Below are positions 13,664-27,320 of a stretch of DNA of 64,000 nt, piece by piece. This stretch comes from Octopus vulgaris (taxonomy: Eukaryota). The notes under the pieces were generated by a model. It was given only the letters and a program-made list of their open reading frames with translations. It did no database searches and was not told where the DNA came from. Each line of letters opens with the position of its first letter. Position 1 is the stretch's first letter. The position numbers and the translations under genes are program-made. Location: contig OX597822.1 of assembly GCA_951406725.2 (NCBI GenBank), forward strand, positions 70,494,001-70,558,000, given 5' to 3'.

Positions 13664-13860
13664 AACCTTTTAGCATTTAAATTGGCTATATCCGGGCCAC
13701 CATATTCTGCCTGTTTTATATTCAAATGGCTAGATCCAGCCTCTCGCGCCTACCCTACAATGTTAGTCTAAAAAAATATACAGACACATAATTGAAATGT
13801 CAAAGTTACAAGATGACATATGATAAATTTAAAACAATATGGATAAATAAATGTTTCATT
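13664..13860 (+). mobile_element. TTAA-type MITE family 2, 5' part
   Basis: CCTTTTAGCATTTAAATTGGCTATATCCGG start; homologous to 14471-14652 and, inverted, to 31176-31356. Confidence 0.65.
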
Positions 13861-14465
13861 ATCATCATCATCACCATCATCATTTGTTTGCTTTCTATGC
13901 TGGCATGGGTTGGACGGTTTGCCTGAGGACTGGCAAGCCAGGAGGCTGCACCAGGTTCCAATCTGATCTAGCAAGGTTTCTACAGCTAGATGCCCTTCCT
14001 AATGCCAACCACTCCTGAGAGTGTAGTGGGTGCTTTTTACATGCCACCAGTACAGGAGCTAGTTAGGCAGCACTGGTATTGACCATGCTCGAATGGTGAT
14101 TTTTATGTGCCACTGGCACGAGAACAAGTCAGGTAGCACTGGCATTGACCATTCTTGAATGGTGTTTTTTACGTGCCACCAGTACAGGTATTGGCCATGC
14201 TTGAATGGTGCCTTTTACATGCCACCAGCACGGGTGCCAATTAGGCAGCCCTGGCATTGACCATGCTCGAATGGTGCTTTTTACGTACCACTAGCATTGG
14301 CCATGCTTCAGTGGTGCTTTCTACATTCCACCAGCCTAGGTGCCAGTCAAGCAGCACTGGCATTGGCCCTGACAATGGTTTCACTTGACTCAACAGGTCT
14401 TCTCAAGCACAGCATATTGCCTGAATATTGAAGGGTCCTATTTAAACTTGCCGGTCATGCGACAC
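13861..14465 (-). mobile_element. Retroposon family D copy carrying an internal 66-bp minisatellite
   Basis: (ATC)n tail, CTATGCTGGCATGGGTTGGACGG, GATGCCCTTCCTAATGCCAACC. Confidence 0.8.
14029..14375. repeat. Minisatellite with six units (four of 66 bp, two internally deleted)
   Basis: Units start GGTGCTTTTTAC-like at 14029, 14095, 14161, 14207, 14273 and 14313; most end CCATGCT(C/T)GAAT-like. Confidence 0.9.
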
Positions 14466-14470
14466 TGAAT

Positions 14471-14652
14471 GTTAAGCATTTAAAATGACCATATCCAGCC
14501 TAAATATTCTACTTGTTTTATGTTCAAACTGGTCAGATCTGGCCTCTATCCTACAATCCCATTCTAAATATCTACAATGACATCATCAAAGTCTTGAGGT
14601 TTTGAGATGAAGCATTACATTTGGCAGAGTAATCTAAATGCTAAAAAGCTAA
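14471..14652 (+). mobile_element. TTAA-type MITE family 2, internally deleted copy
   Basis: AGCATTTAAAATGACCATATCCAG start and AGAGTAATCTAAATGCTAAAAAGCTAA end. Confidence 0.6.
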
Positions 14653-17113
14653 AGAACAACAAATCTGGCTTTATATATTGCATTAGATATTTATCAGTGG
14701 TGGTAGTGAGGCAGGTTATTTATTTAGCCTTTGATTGAGGCATCTTGATGATGGGGAAATGGTAAGGCAGTTTGGCAACATCTGTGAGACTCTGAGAACA
14801 CAGGGAACACGGAATATAAATGAGAATAGTGAATGGTGTCAGAGAAAGCTTGAAGAGTTGGCCGTTATTATATTTTAGGAATATACGGGATCAATTGTAG
14901 TTTGGTCCCATATATGCCTAAAATATAATAACAGCCAAAAGAAGAATTTCCTCTCATTTATTTAGAACTAGATATTGTTTTATTCTTCAGCCAACTTAGA
15001 CCATTCCTGAAATATTATTCATACATTTAAATTTCTGATCTCCATCCTTCTGTGATTGGCACAGGCAAAGCTACTGTCCGTGACCATTCATGACTAATGC
15101 ACATTTGTTTGATGCCTGTTACAATGATTACAGATTCAAGAGGGCCATTTCTTGCTAGTCATTTATTCCATTTACACTACACAGACATTCACTAATTATC
15201 CTTACCCACCTCTTCTTTCTGCAAATATATTTATCCACAAACTGAACATTTTGTCAGGCTTGTATTTCATTATTCACCTTATTGGTATTTAGGGCAGTTT
15301 ATCCACAAATATGTCTTTTCCCTTTATCAGCTCTGATCTAATTATAGAATCCCATGTTGGGCCCACAAGTCCCTAATTCTCCCTTCTCTTATAAAGTCTG
15401 TCATGCTATCAATTTATTAGTTGCTCCACCTACCTCTGCTATTTGATGAGGCTGTGACAAAATCGAATTTCAGTAGAAAACAAATACAAAGTGAATATTT
15501 ATGAAAAGTAAAAGTATTGTTCTCAATGCAGATATTTATTGATGTTTAAACTTGCATCGCAGTCAATTTTTGTCTCCATTATTCAATTATTAGTGTGAAA
15601 TATGAATAGGAAATATTTGAGATTTGAGAAGTCTACCTGAAACAACTGTTCTTTGCTATTGTACTTTTTGTTTTACCACTTTTAAATACAGCCAATGGCT
15701 CTCACTTGCATCCATCTGCTGAAAAAGTTAATATAATTGGCTCTATGAATTAATTAGATAAAAACAGGAATGATGCATCAGAATAAATACCATTATTGGC
15801 TCTTGAGACAAATGTTCTTGAGAAATAACATTAAATTGATTTTAGAAATGCCCAAAGAAAACCATAATTGGTTTGAAGTTTGTGTCGTGTAACGTTTATT
15901 TGAACCTTGTGGGGGTAGTTATTGTTTTGTGAGTTAGCAAAACTTAAATTATCTGCATAATAAATTGATATTTTGTTTATTGCCTTTTAACTTCATATAA
16001 AAAGAAGCTAAAAACGAGAAAAATAAGTTATTTATATTTTTGTAGAAAGTAATTCTAAATTCAGGACATGAATTGTTTGAAAGGAAAAATGAATAAATAA
16101 ATTTTTTTAATTTTCTAAATGGAATGCTTCCCATGAATATTGTAACAAATTAAGATCCTCCTAGTTGCTTCGTTTAGTATAATTTCATCTCATATTGTGC
16201 TGTTGCTGTTGGTCTGTTGTTGTTTGCAGCTTCATGTAAATGTCAATTTCTGTTTAATATTCTTCTCAGATCAACGGAGGATTAAAATATAGAATTGACT
16301 TTCTTGATCTTTGATCTTCTACCTCACAGTTGGAATAATTAGTGTCTCTTCACCAAATTAAACTGAACGTGACTTTTATCCTCCATTGTACTTCTAGTTT
16401 TTATTTACAATAAAAATGTATGAATTGAATTTAGAACCAGCCCCATGAAAGCAGATTGCAGATCTATATTCCAGTTTCGGATAAATATTATGAATACCCT
16501 ACATATATTTCTTTGTTATCTGTTACAAAGAGAGAAAAGAATAAAATAACCCCAGTAGAATACATAGACATTTTCTGCTTAAACATGTTTTGTACCTAAC
16601 ATGAACTTAGGAAGGAGGTTTTGTTATTTCATTTTCCCCATTGTTTGCTGGTTTTTAATTTTGGTATTGAAATAATTTATATATATATAAAAGAGAGGCT
16701 AATGGGAAAACATTTACCAGGTCAAATTATGTAGATTCTTAACTTATAAATTTCAGTTTGTCCCAGGATGCTTTTAACAGATCTTAACATAATCTTCATT
16801 TTTGATTTATGACTAATTGTAATCAATGTAATACTGTGTCATTTTAAAGTTAAATATGCTGCTGCACACAAGTATGCACATGCATGTGCACACACATGCA
16901 TACACACACATTGCATATATATGTGTGTGTTTAGTTGCATATATATGCATGTATGTATATCTGTCTGTTTTAATTAGCAGTTAGTTCTATAGAGTGCTGA
17001 ATCCATGGACTGAGCTCTCCACAGTGCTATTTGCTGATGAATATATCTATTCTACCCAACACATGTATTGAGTACTCATTTGAACTGTGGTTTTCCTGGC
17101 TCCCTGGTCATAA

Positions 17114-17145
<32 letters not shown>

Positions 17146-17193
17146 TTCAGACAATACTTGGTTAATAAAATGCTGAATGTGACAGAGCACTGC

Positions 17194-17672
17194 TTAACCC
17201 TTTTGATACCAACCCGGCTGAACCCGGCTCTGGCTCTGAGTACATATGTCTTGTTTTCATAAGTTTTGAATTAAAATCTTCTACCAAACCTTAGTCACAA
17301 TTTAATTTCCTAACTAGCTTAATGATAGCTAAGTTATTTTACTAAATTCTTTGTTATATTTAAAATTTATTGAAAGAAACACAGAGCATCTCAACAAAAA
17401 TTTGGTAACAAAAGGGTTAAAATATATAATATAGAAACAATTCTTAACCCTTTTGTTACCAACTCGGCTGAAACCAACTCTGGCTCTGTAGTACAAATGT
17501 CTTGTTTTCATAAGTTTTGAAGTAAAATCTTCCACCAAACCTTAGTCACAATTTATGTTCCTAACACTAAGCTTAATGATAACTAAGTTATTTTACTAAA
17601 TTCTTTGTTATATTTAAAATTAATTGAAAGAAACAGAGCATCTCAAAATAAATACAGTAACGAAAGGGTTAA
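17194..17672 (+). mobile_element. piggyBac-type (TTAA) MITE family 1, head-to-tail dimer
   Basis: Two ~220-bp units, each TTAA-CCCTTTTG(A/T)TAC...GTAAC(A/G)AAAGGG-TTAA, joined by the 23-bp linker 17421-17443. Confidence 0.9.
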
Positions 17673-17829
17673 GACAATTCTCATTGGTCAAAACAGGTTA
17701 AATTGTCAAATATATCACAAACTAGGAATATAGTTGTTGCTTGTTAGATTAGAGTATTGTATCAAAAAGCACCCACTCCAGACCTACATTCATCAAGAAA
17801 CACACACTGTATGGTGTTTATCATAGCAG

Positions 17830-18253
17830 TATCATTAAACCATGGGTTTTTTAACTTATGGAAGTTGTCCTTGGAGAAATTGATTTTGCTGGCAACATCT
17901 TTGAAAGACGGACGTTAAGTGATGATAATAATGTGATGATGGCTGATCTCTGACTGTTTTAATGTTTGGAAATTTTCTGGTTTATAGACTTCAGTTTCAG
18001 GCTTTATGGAATATGGAAAAACCTATGTCATCACTCCACATTTTCGTAATGGATACCAAATTTCTCTTAAGTCACACATCCTCATCTTAAAAGAAAAAAA
18101 GGATGCAGTCCCAGATGTCTGGGAGTAGGGTAAAATGATGGGATAATCATAACTAGAATAATAACTTTTATCATAGATTTTCTGAAGGCTGGTATTGGGC
18201 CTAAAAAGCAACAACTTTGTGAAAGTTTCCTTTGCGAAATTAGCAATGTTCAC
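17830..18253 (-). pseudogene. Possible highly decayed LINE ORF2 (end of APE endonuclease to linker)
   Basis: SSYDYPIIL (cf. SDHxPI) followed downstream by KLKNPWFN (cf. the PWFN linker motif); many disruptions. Confidence 0.35.
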
Positions 18254-19062
18254 ACTCTTAAAAGTGTAAGATGTCTATTTTTATATTTCTATACATAGCA
18301 TTGCCTGTTTTGTGTATTTTATTTTAAGTTTTTGTTATGAATAATTTTAATTTAAGCTTATTGTAAACAATCAAATTTTCTAAATAAATATATTTTATTA
18401 AATGTAAGTTTCAATAAATACGGTTTGTTTTGAAAATTAAGTTATCGAAAGTATTAAATATAATTTTGAACTATTAATCAATATCAACAATGGTAAAAAA
18501 AAAGTTAATTAAACTTTTAATGAATAAATGTTTTGATATTTGTGGTTTAGCACTTTTTGCAAAAGCAATATCTCTGAGAATATATTTTGGTAGTCAAAGA
18601 AATGTGGTCTTCTAAAATAGTTAAGAAACACTGTGTTAATATTAGTAGTTATGTGTCAATTTTGATCATATTAGACTAGAGCTTTAGTGGACTTATTTAC
18701 GGACTTAGTGTTTGGATTTCCTTCCAATGTTTTTTATTTATTTTTATTTTTAACTGAAGAATTCTTATAGCATAAATAGTAAGTAGCCTATGATTTTCAT
18801 TCCTGTATCATATATCCATTCTTCTCGACTCTGTTCTCTCTCCTTTGATTGTTCTCCAATTCTGATTGCTAGATAGAAAGTGTCCCGTTTCATTTGTAAG
18901 AATTCTCTCAGCAATTTTATTTCATGTGATGATGAAGAATCCACAGAATATATTGTTACCTTTGAAGATGTTGGTGTATCATTCCATATAATTCTTTGCA
19001 TTTTGTCAGGCTCTTGAAGGAAGAGAGAAATTTGTATTACACATATAACCAATAATGTCTGT

Positions 19063-19684
19063 TTAACCCTCTTGTTTACTTTTTTACTCTTTTACTTGTT
19101 TCAGTCATTTTGACTGTGGCCATGCTGGAGCACCGCCTTTAGTCGAGCAAATCGACCCCCAAGACTTATTCTTTGTAAGCCTAGTACTTATTCTATTGGT
19201 CTCTTTTGCTGAACTGCTAAGTTACAGGGATGTAAACACACCAGCATCAGTTGTCAAGCGATGTTGGTGGGACAGACACACACACACACACATATTACAT
19301 ATACATATATGACGGGCTTCTTTCACTTTCCATCTACCAAATCCACTCACAAGGCTTTGGTTGGCCCGACACTATAGTAGAAGACACTTGCCCAAGGTAC
19401 CACGCAGTGGAACTGAACCCGAAACCATGTGGTTGGCAAGCAAGCTACTTACTACACAGCCACTCCTGCACCTATTTCTGTTGAAATACACTACCTTCAT
19501 TTCAATCCATTTTGAAAATAATAATAATTTTCTTTTTTTTATTAAAATAATATTGTTTGGAACAAATTTACATGCAACTTCGATGGAAGATTTTTTTTTT
19601 ATTACGATCATTTTGAAATGGAGTTTGTACCTTAAAACTAAAAGTCAATTTCAGACAGGTTGGTATGAAAGGGGCCAAGGTTAA
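19063..19684 (-). mobile_element. Diverged TTAA MITE family 1 relative, interrupted by a SINE
   Basis: TTAACCCTCTTGTT at 19063, resuming CCTATTTCTGTTGAAAT at 19471 and ending GGTTGGTATGAAAGGG...TTAA; colinear with the reverse complement of the 17198-17416 unit. Confidence 0.65.
19076..19470 (-). mobile_element. SINE family A, full-length and well preserved
   Basis: Reverse complement of 779-1200 at high identity. Confidence 0.9.
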
Positions 19685-19739
19685 ATGCATACATCTGTTT
19701 TACTGTTTTATTCCCTCTTTTTCCAACATAGCTGTGTCC

Positions 19740-20120
19740 CTTGCAAGCTTGTGCCTATTTATACATCCAAATAATGCATTTTAGCTGAGGGTAGAACTAC
19801 TCCTCCAGGACCAATTGGCCCTTTTGCCTGCAGTGAACTATTACATCTACTATTAGCAAAACAAAAAAAAAAAAGTTATTTGCCACCTCAGTTTGAAATC
19901 CTCTTATGACCACCACAACTTAATTCTTTTGTATCTTGCAAGCTGGTGCCTTCTTATACATCTAAAACATGCATTCTTACTGAGGGTGGAATCACTTCTT
20001 CAGAACCAATTAGCTATCTTTGCAGCAGCAGGCCATTGCATCTACTATTAGCATAAGACTGGTTATTTGTCACTTCAGTTTGAAATCCTCTTATGACCAC
20101 CACTATTTAACTCTTCTATT
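19740..20120. repeat. Old tandem duplication, period 195 bp
   Basis: CTTGCAAGCT at 19740 and 19935; both units share CATCTACTATTAGCA and CAGTTTGAAATCCTCTTATGACCACCAC. Confidence 0.85.
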
Positions 20121-20770
20121 TTTATCACATACAAAAAATTTCCCCACATTGTTGCATGACATCCAAAATCCTTTTATTAAGACAGAAGTTCCTCTTATTT
20201 TCTTGCTGTTTCTCCCATCCATAACAAACCCTTTTTTTTAATTTGTTTTTGGATACACACAGACACACCCTCTCCATTTCTGATGATTCCTCTCACACAC
20301 TCACTACAACAACTTGATTAGATTTACACCCCCACCCCCCACCTCATTTTCTGAAGCTCCTCCCACTCATTAGAAGTCTATTAGAAACATGCTGCCATCT
20401 CATTCCTGCAGCTATTGCCACAGACCTTGTGGAACTCTTGTTAAATTAAATTCCATTAGCCAGTGAAATGATGCTAGTCTTGAACTGGAATCTCTCTAAT
20501 AGGATTTCACTCACACATAGGCATTCTAAACACACACACATGCGCGTGCGTGCACATGTGCTACACCACATCACAGAAGTTCAGGTGTCTTGCCTAGACA
20601 AAGATTACAATTATAATTTCATCCCTCCTTAGACTCTTGTCTCTTTCTTTTCCTTCCTCTTTACATTTATAAAGAAAGGATCTGTCTCTTCAAATATTGT
20701 CCATTACACTTGTAGTCACAGACTTGGTTCCCATCTTTCTATCAGTTTTCTGTCACATCATTTGCTCCTT

Positions 20771-20828
<58 letters not shown>

Positions 20829-21162
20829 AACTATTTCTTTCCTATATTTCCTTCCTTCCTTCCTACCTGTTCTTTTTGTCAATCTTTTTGTCATTATTTT
20901 CTTTCTTTTGTTCTTTCATTTTCCTGTTGCTTTTTCTTATTTCTTTCTTCATTCATCTCTTTCTTTCATTCCTCCATTTTTTATTTATTTTGTGTTCTTT
21001 TTTTTTGTTTTTATTTTGTTTAGCCTTCGTCCTTTCTCTTCCATTTTTCACTCTCTCTCTCTTATTCTTTCTTTTTCCTTTCATTCCTTCCACACCATTT
21101 TTCATTCTCTTCTTCCATAGCAAAGTAAATTTGATTTTTGTGTGTCTGTCTGTCTCTCTCTC

Positions 21163-21205
<43 letters not shown>

Positions 21206-21831
21206 ATGCCTTGTGTTTTCCAGAAAATTAGTTTCAGAGTACATATTAGCCACTTTAATAGTTTCTGTCAGTAAATGTATAGTTAGTGCTGTTTACTTGA
21301 TGGGTGAGGCTGGTAAAACGCAAATAAATCCTTCACAATTTATTAGTTTTAAAAAAGACGACGACAACAACAAAAACAACAACAACAAAAATAAAAGAAC
21401 GAATGATTGACTACATACCCCACCTCACTACCTTTGCCCTGCCCCAACCACACCCTCTGTTTCGATGTCTGATTTGTGGTTAATAGCAGTTAAACAGAAT
21501 TGCTTCTGTAGTCGTTTCATAAAGCCTATCCATTACATATTTATGCTTCATGCTCAACGTTTAATTTTTTCTTTTCTCCTTCCCCACTCGGTAATATTTA
21601 TTGTTTTAAATTTTATTTTATTTTATTCAATTCTGTTCAATTTTATTCATTTATTTAATTAGTTGATTGGCGTGTTTCGAAGGGAAAAATAGTACAAATT
21701 CGTTGTTTTCGGCTATCGGTAACCAGAATAATTGTAGCTTGAAGTTAGTTTATCCGAGTATCTGAATTTAGAAGAGTTGGGCAAATGAACCATCACAAGT
21801 TTCTTAATTTCTGACTTAGGAATAAATAGCC

Positions 21832-21886
<55 letters not shown>

Positions 21887-23458
21887 TTCGTATCATGAGG
21901 TATTGGCAAGAGTGGTGATGGTGGTGGTTTATTTTCATATTGCTAGTTTGTTTGCATGAAACAAATGGATCATATATTAATTATTCATTTGTATTAGTTG
22001 GATGTCTGGTTTGCGCTATTTTAATAGTTTTTATTTTCATATATATATATATATATTTTTTTATAATTATTATTATTCTTTGCGCATCTTCAGATGATTT
22101 TAAAATATAATGCAGCTAAATCCAGTGTAGTCTCTCTCACTCTCTAGACATATGGACGTCCTGCTTCTCTATATTGGCTGAACACTCTGCTAAAACATTC
22201 TTTAATACTGGCCATTATGTTCTGGTGCTACTTGATGTTTCTTTCTTTTCTGCTATACATTTAGTGTAAAGAATACTGTTTTAGCAATTTTTCCTATAGA
22301 CAATCTAGCTGAATATTTTTTTGCTGTTCCCCACCAAACACCTCTTCCACTGTCGAGGATCAATAATGGCATATGAGTGAAAACTGATTAATGTTTTCTG
22401 ATTGAACTGCAATCAGATAAGGCAACTACACAGATCAAAGTGACTATTACTGCAATTTTCAAAGGATCGTTCTCATTCTTTAGCACTGAGGATTATTGTC
22501 CAAGAGCGATATAGACTTTGGTGTTGCTTTGCTTCAAATTATATTCAAACTTGAGGATATAATCAAATAATAGCTTTGGTGTATGTGTGTGGCATGTGTA
22601 CTTGTGTGTATTCTCCTGACAATATTTCCCCCCCACCTTTTTTTTTCCCTTGAATATTTTTTTGTTCTTATATTGGAAGCAGCAGCAGAAGTGTTATAGA
22701 ACTGCTTCTGAATTAGTTGCCCAGTTTCCAAAGTATTGATCAGTCCCAACACCAGCATTAGCAACAACAACAGCAACAGCAGCAGAAGCATTCCTCCCCA
22801 CCACTACATCCCTACATCAGTTCCACCAAACCTTAAAATGAGCCCATCTGTGTGTGAAATTGCTCTTGACTGTTTTCTATCATCTAATTGACTTCCATCA
22901 TATTAATCCATGCAGCGTGTAGAGGATTTAGAATCTGCGTTTAATCTCTGCTTTCGACCCTGTGATTTAAATAATAGTTTTAAAAGATGAAGCCTGCTTG
23001 CTGCTGTCTACTTTCCTCCTGTTAGACCAAGCAACAACGGACATCCTAAATCTGATGGGTTTCAACTGATCTGGCAAGCTCCATTTACTGTCTCAGTGTG
23101 GGAGAAACTAATGAATTATTTAAGTATTCGATACTAAGTCGATATGCCGGATTATTCCCGGATTTTTTTACACTTAATTGTAGTTTTAGTTTTTGCCCGT
23201 CCACCTTTACATTAAATGTTTTCATTGCTGTTTAAGTTTTTGGTCATTAGCTGAGTTTCTGACCATGAATATATACATAATGTCTTGAAATATGTGTCTG
23301 GTATTGCAAATTATTCATGTGTATATCTGACATTAGTACTATGTATGCAATGAGCCAGAAATGAAACCACTACATGCCACTCACTCTGCTTGAAATAGAA
23401 GCTAAATCTCCTTCAAAACATCTACCACTATCTCTAAAAGAAAAAAATACATAATGTA

Positions 23459-23674
23459 CAGGGTGGTGCAAAAATAGATATACAATTATGAAAAAAGAAA
23501 ACACGTACAATATTCATTTATTTTTATCAAAACTTTTTTTAGTTATTATGAAAGTATTATTATGATTAATGACAGTGAGAATATCAAAAATGAGACTAAT
23601 TTAATGTGTTAATAATTTTAATGAATTCAGTATTCATTGATGTGATACTGTATACTTACTTTTGCACCCACCTG
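23459..23674. mobile_element. Tc1/mariner-type MITE nested in another interspersed repeat
   Basis: TA|CAGGGTGGTGCAAAAATAGATATACA ... TGTATACTTACTTTTGCACCCACCTG|TA: ~26-bp imperfect TIRs with TA flanks; host TAATGTAGTCCT segment recurs at 49873. Confidence 0.85.
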
Positions 23675-26160
23675 TATAATGTAGTCCTGACATACTGTGT
23701 CTGAATAGATGAGACGGTCATGGTTGTCGTGTCTTTGAGCATAGGTTTGTGCAAACAAGGTTGACTTGAAGCTGAACAACAACTAAACAGGTTTGTGCTT
23801 TGAGTTGCAATAACATTTTTATCTGTTGTTGCTATTTAGCATGTGTGAGCCTGGTGTTGCACTTAGGTGTGTGTGTGTGTGTGTGTTTAGAGTCATAAAT
23901 GGGATTGTGACTGGGATTAGAGCTATACTCTTTGTATATGTGTATATGGTCTTTTGAAGGTGAGTATAGTTTAGAAGTCACATTGATATGTTACGGTTTA
24001 CTTCCATTGTAATGTTAACTCTGTATGTAAGTTGTAGGAGAAGGGAAAGAACTGGAAGAGTAAAGCTTGGTGTGAGGTAGTTAGATTTGATTAGTATAGG
24101 TTAGAGTTAGTACTAAAGAGAGAAGACCTGGCTAGAAACAGATTAACGAAGCCTTGGAATGAGGCTGGTCATATGTGATGTTCCAAATGATATCGAGTTG
24201 GATCATGATATTTAGAAACAAACTGTTGTCTCAGTGGCTAGCATGAAACTACTACACTGTGCTGCTCCTGCTGCTGCTGTTTTCAATGACAATGATAATA
24301 ATTTGTCTGAAGTATTTTGTTTGACATATGAAATAAGAATAATTAAGAACAGCTGAAACACAAATGTCTCGTGTAGTAGGTTGTTTTAATATTTGTTAAC
24401 TGTAATTCCACTCCAGCTGTAGCACTAGTGCCATTCTGTAATGGCAAATGTTTTAAACAAGAGATTCTAATTGAGATGTGTTGCTTGTTCCTCAACTGCC
24501 CTACAGCTATTAGATATCCTCGATATCAAGGACTTGGGCATAGAATTTCAAAGAAGTGCAAAGAAGTTCAGTCTTTGCTGGTAGCTTGCTACTCTTTAAT
24601 TGAATAAATTCCGATGTTATTTATTAATAACTGTTGAATGCAATGTCTTTAATTCCTATAGCAACATTTTATTCTGGAGAATTTAGTGGCAGGACTTTGA
24701 GTTGTGATTAAAAGAAATACAAGGACAAGAAGAATAGTTAGCTGTTATTAATTTGATTGTTGATTTTCAAGATTTTGTTAAAACAAGATTCACCGCCTCT
24801 CTGTCTCCTACTTTGCTTTCTCTCTTTGAAATTCTTTTACTAAAGAATACCATTTTATTGATTGTAAATACAGTTTTGTCTTCGATTGCTGAATTGAAAT
24901 TCTCTTTGTTCTCTTTCTCTTGGAGGCAGTAATTAATAAGTTTTCACACCCAGACCTACTCCTCATTCGCCTTACATTGGAAGTAATAACCGTTAAGACT
25001 AAACAAAAATGCTCACTACTACAAGAAGTGAAATTTTCTATAGAAACCTTAGCCATTGTTATGTGTTTGTTTGTCTTAATGTTCGGATTTTCATTTGACT
25101 TACTTAATTTTTCATAAAATGAGTTTAGCTGACTTGCTATTTGAAAGCTGACTATTTTAAATGAAAATTGTTTCTGTATTGTTTCTTTAATGGGGATTAA
25201 AAAAAAATTAATTGCCGAATAGATGACCTTTCTTTATCCATCTATGATTTAGTATTATTGTACTCTACCACACTGTTTTTCTCCTTTTCTCTTTCTCTCT
25301 CCTGTTTTTCTCTCTCTCTTTTTTTTTTGGAAAATTTCGGTTTTTTTTTCAAATCATCTTTCATGTAGAGCTTGATCAGCAGGTAAACATTCACTGCTAC
25401 TGAAATTAAATTAAAATACAATTAATTTGTCATAACTATTCAAATGAAATAATGTATGACAGGAATTCATGAAATATAATTTGAATTAAAGATGCCAATT
25501 CTCCTGCAATAGCATTAAACCTGGGCCATGTCATCTGAGTGGACATTTAAATACCTTGGGTAGGTAAGTGATGGTATAGGTAAAACTGTCGTGAAATTGT
25601 TAAAAATTTTATATCAGTCCAATTTTTCTCACACAGAAGTGCAACATATAAATCTATTTTATCTAGTTTTTAATGTTATTTTGTAGCTGTTGTTATTCCA
25701 AGCGGTTGAAGTTAGTTTCTAAATTGTAATGCAATAAACACAGATCTGTAACATATTTGAAAGTAAGCCAAGAGCATTGTGTCTGTGAAAAATCTCTCTT
25801 CTTCAGTACCTTACTTTACCAACCAGACAAGAACTCGAAGTTGTCTCTCCATCTCCTTAATTTTTGATATTTGGCACTGATCAATCTCACTCGCCATCAC
25901 TTTCTTACATTCATTCTCTCTCTCATTCCTCTCTCTTTTCTTCTCCATTGGTTTGTAATGTTCAGTCTTTGTTTTTCTGACCAATGTTCTTTGACTGTAA
26001 TCAAGCAACTAAATATAATTCTCCCTATCTCAACAACAGAGGATGGATTCTCACTTATTGTTAAGGGTTCTAGCTGACTAATGCAGCAGCAGTACAATGA
26101 TGGTTATGGAATTTAAACTGTTTATATTAGTCGGACTGGTGACATCTTAATTGTTGCTTT

Positions 26161-26206
26161 CATTACGTTTCAGCTGTTGTACTCTCCAGCCTTCTTCAGG
26201 TGTCTT
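26161..26206 (-). ncRNA. Degenerate type I hammerhead ribozyme motif in a probable Penelope-like element remnant
   Basis: Minus strand GACAC-CUGAAGA-A-GGCUG(loop)CAGCU-GAAA-CGUA; core and stem II intact, 3' strand of stem I decayed. Confidence 0.6.
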
Positions 26207-26417
26207 GTGTTGAACTTCCTTATTGTACTGGAATTCTTCTAAACTTATCCCTTTATTTCATCCATGGGGGTACGCTGTTCTCATTCTACTCTCCGTGTTT
26301 CATGACATTTTTTGCATACCTGGAATTGAACACAGAACCTCTAGATGACTGCACTGCATAAGCCAATGTAATGATTGAAACTATCAAGGTGAGGGCACTA
26401 ATTCAAATGAAAGTGGA

Positions 26418-26567
26418 TGTTGTTGCTACAATCTTATAATAAACGTAGAGGTATGGTGTTTGTGTATGTATGTATGTACGAATGGGTATGTATGCCTGTT
26501 TATTCAAACACTTGTGTGTGTGTGTGTGCCATTTTCTTCATGTCTAACTATATAAGTTTACACATAT
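26418..26567 (+). repeat. Dispersed direct duplication, copy 1 (copy 2 at 29840-30022)
   Basis: GCTACAATCTTATAATAAAC...GTACGAATGGGTATGTATGCCTGTTTATTCAAACACTTG...GCCATTTTCTTCATGTCTA present in both. Confidence 0.9.
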
Positions 26568-26689
26568 AATAATTTACATAATGTAAATTACTCATCTCAG
26601 AAATATAAAATTGTCTTGTTGTTGTTGTTGTGGTTACTCCAGTAGAAGTTCAATGTTTCTGTGGAAGTGAAAGTGGCTGAGTGGCTTTA

Positions 26690-26900
26690 ATCCAAATTGA
26701 CTCAAGATTTGAAACTTCTGAGGGAGAACTTTGGTTCTGACGAGTCTACCTCCTTGGCAAAGTTTAGCAGAACATTGCTTTCGGAATGTTGTCCCATTCC
26801 AAAGCATCAACAATGCTACTCCATTGGAAGGAACTTTCTCATTGCATTCTTCCCCATCATTGCTGAAACGATAGCATACTGTGGCTAAATGCCCAACAGT
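26690..26900 (-). pseudogene. Possible decayed LINE reverse transcriptase fragment
   Basis: SIVDALEWDNIPKAMF, then after a frameshift LNFAKEVDS (cf. ALD...LDFxKAFD). Confidence 0.3.
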
Positions 26901-27099
26901 TTTCAGTTATGCTCTTGTACATTCTGAGATCAGATCCTTCTCAGCCTCAGCTTTGCTGTTTTCTTTGCTGAGCTTGATTGATATGCTAATGTTGATTTCA
27001 ATGACTCAACTTCACAAATTCATGATTTTCTTACTCATGTTAAAAATCATCCTCCTCCTTCTCCTCATCATCATCTTTAGAGGGTTAGAAGTAGTCAAG

Positions 27100-27320
27100 C
27101 ACTGATCAGCGTCATTTGAACACTGTACAATTTGTTTCACGGCATTTGGCGACTTACCTTTACATTCTGAGTTCAAATCGCACTGAAGTTGATTTTACCT
27201 TTCGTTCCTTTTTTGGCGGGGTTAATAAAATAAAGTAACCAGTTAAGCACTGTGGTCAGTGGTATTGATTAATTCCCCCCCTTTTAAAACTGCTGGCCTT
27301 GTGCCCAAATTAGAAACAGA
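27100..27320 (+). mobile_element. SINE family B, old copy
   Basis: TTACATTCTGAGTTCAAAT B-box region; AAAACTGCTGGCCTTGTGCCCAAATTAGAAAC tail followed by (TAC)n. Confidence 0.75.

Noticed and set aside
14029-14375. Regularly spaced repeats resembling a CRISPR array
   Set aside because: Whole units are homologous with no unique spacers, there are no cas genes, and the array lies inside a eukaryotic retroposon
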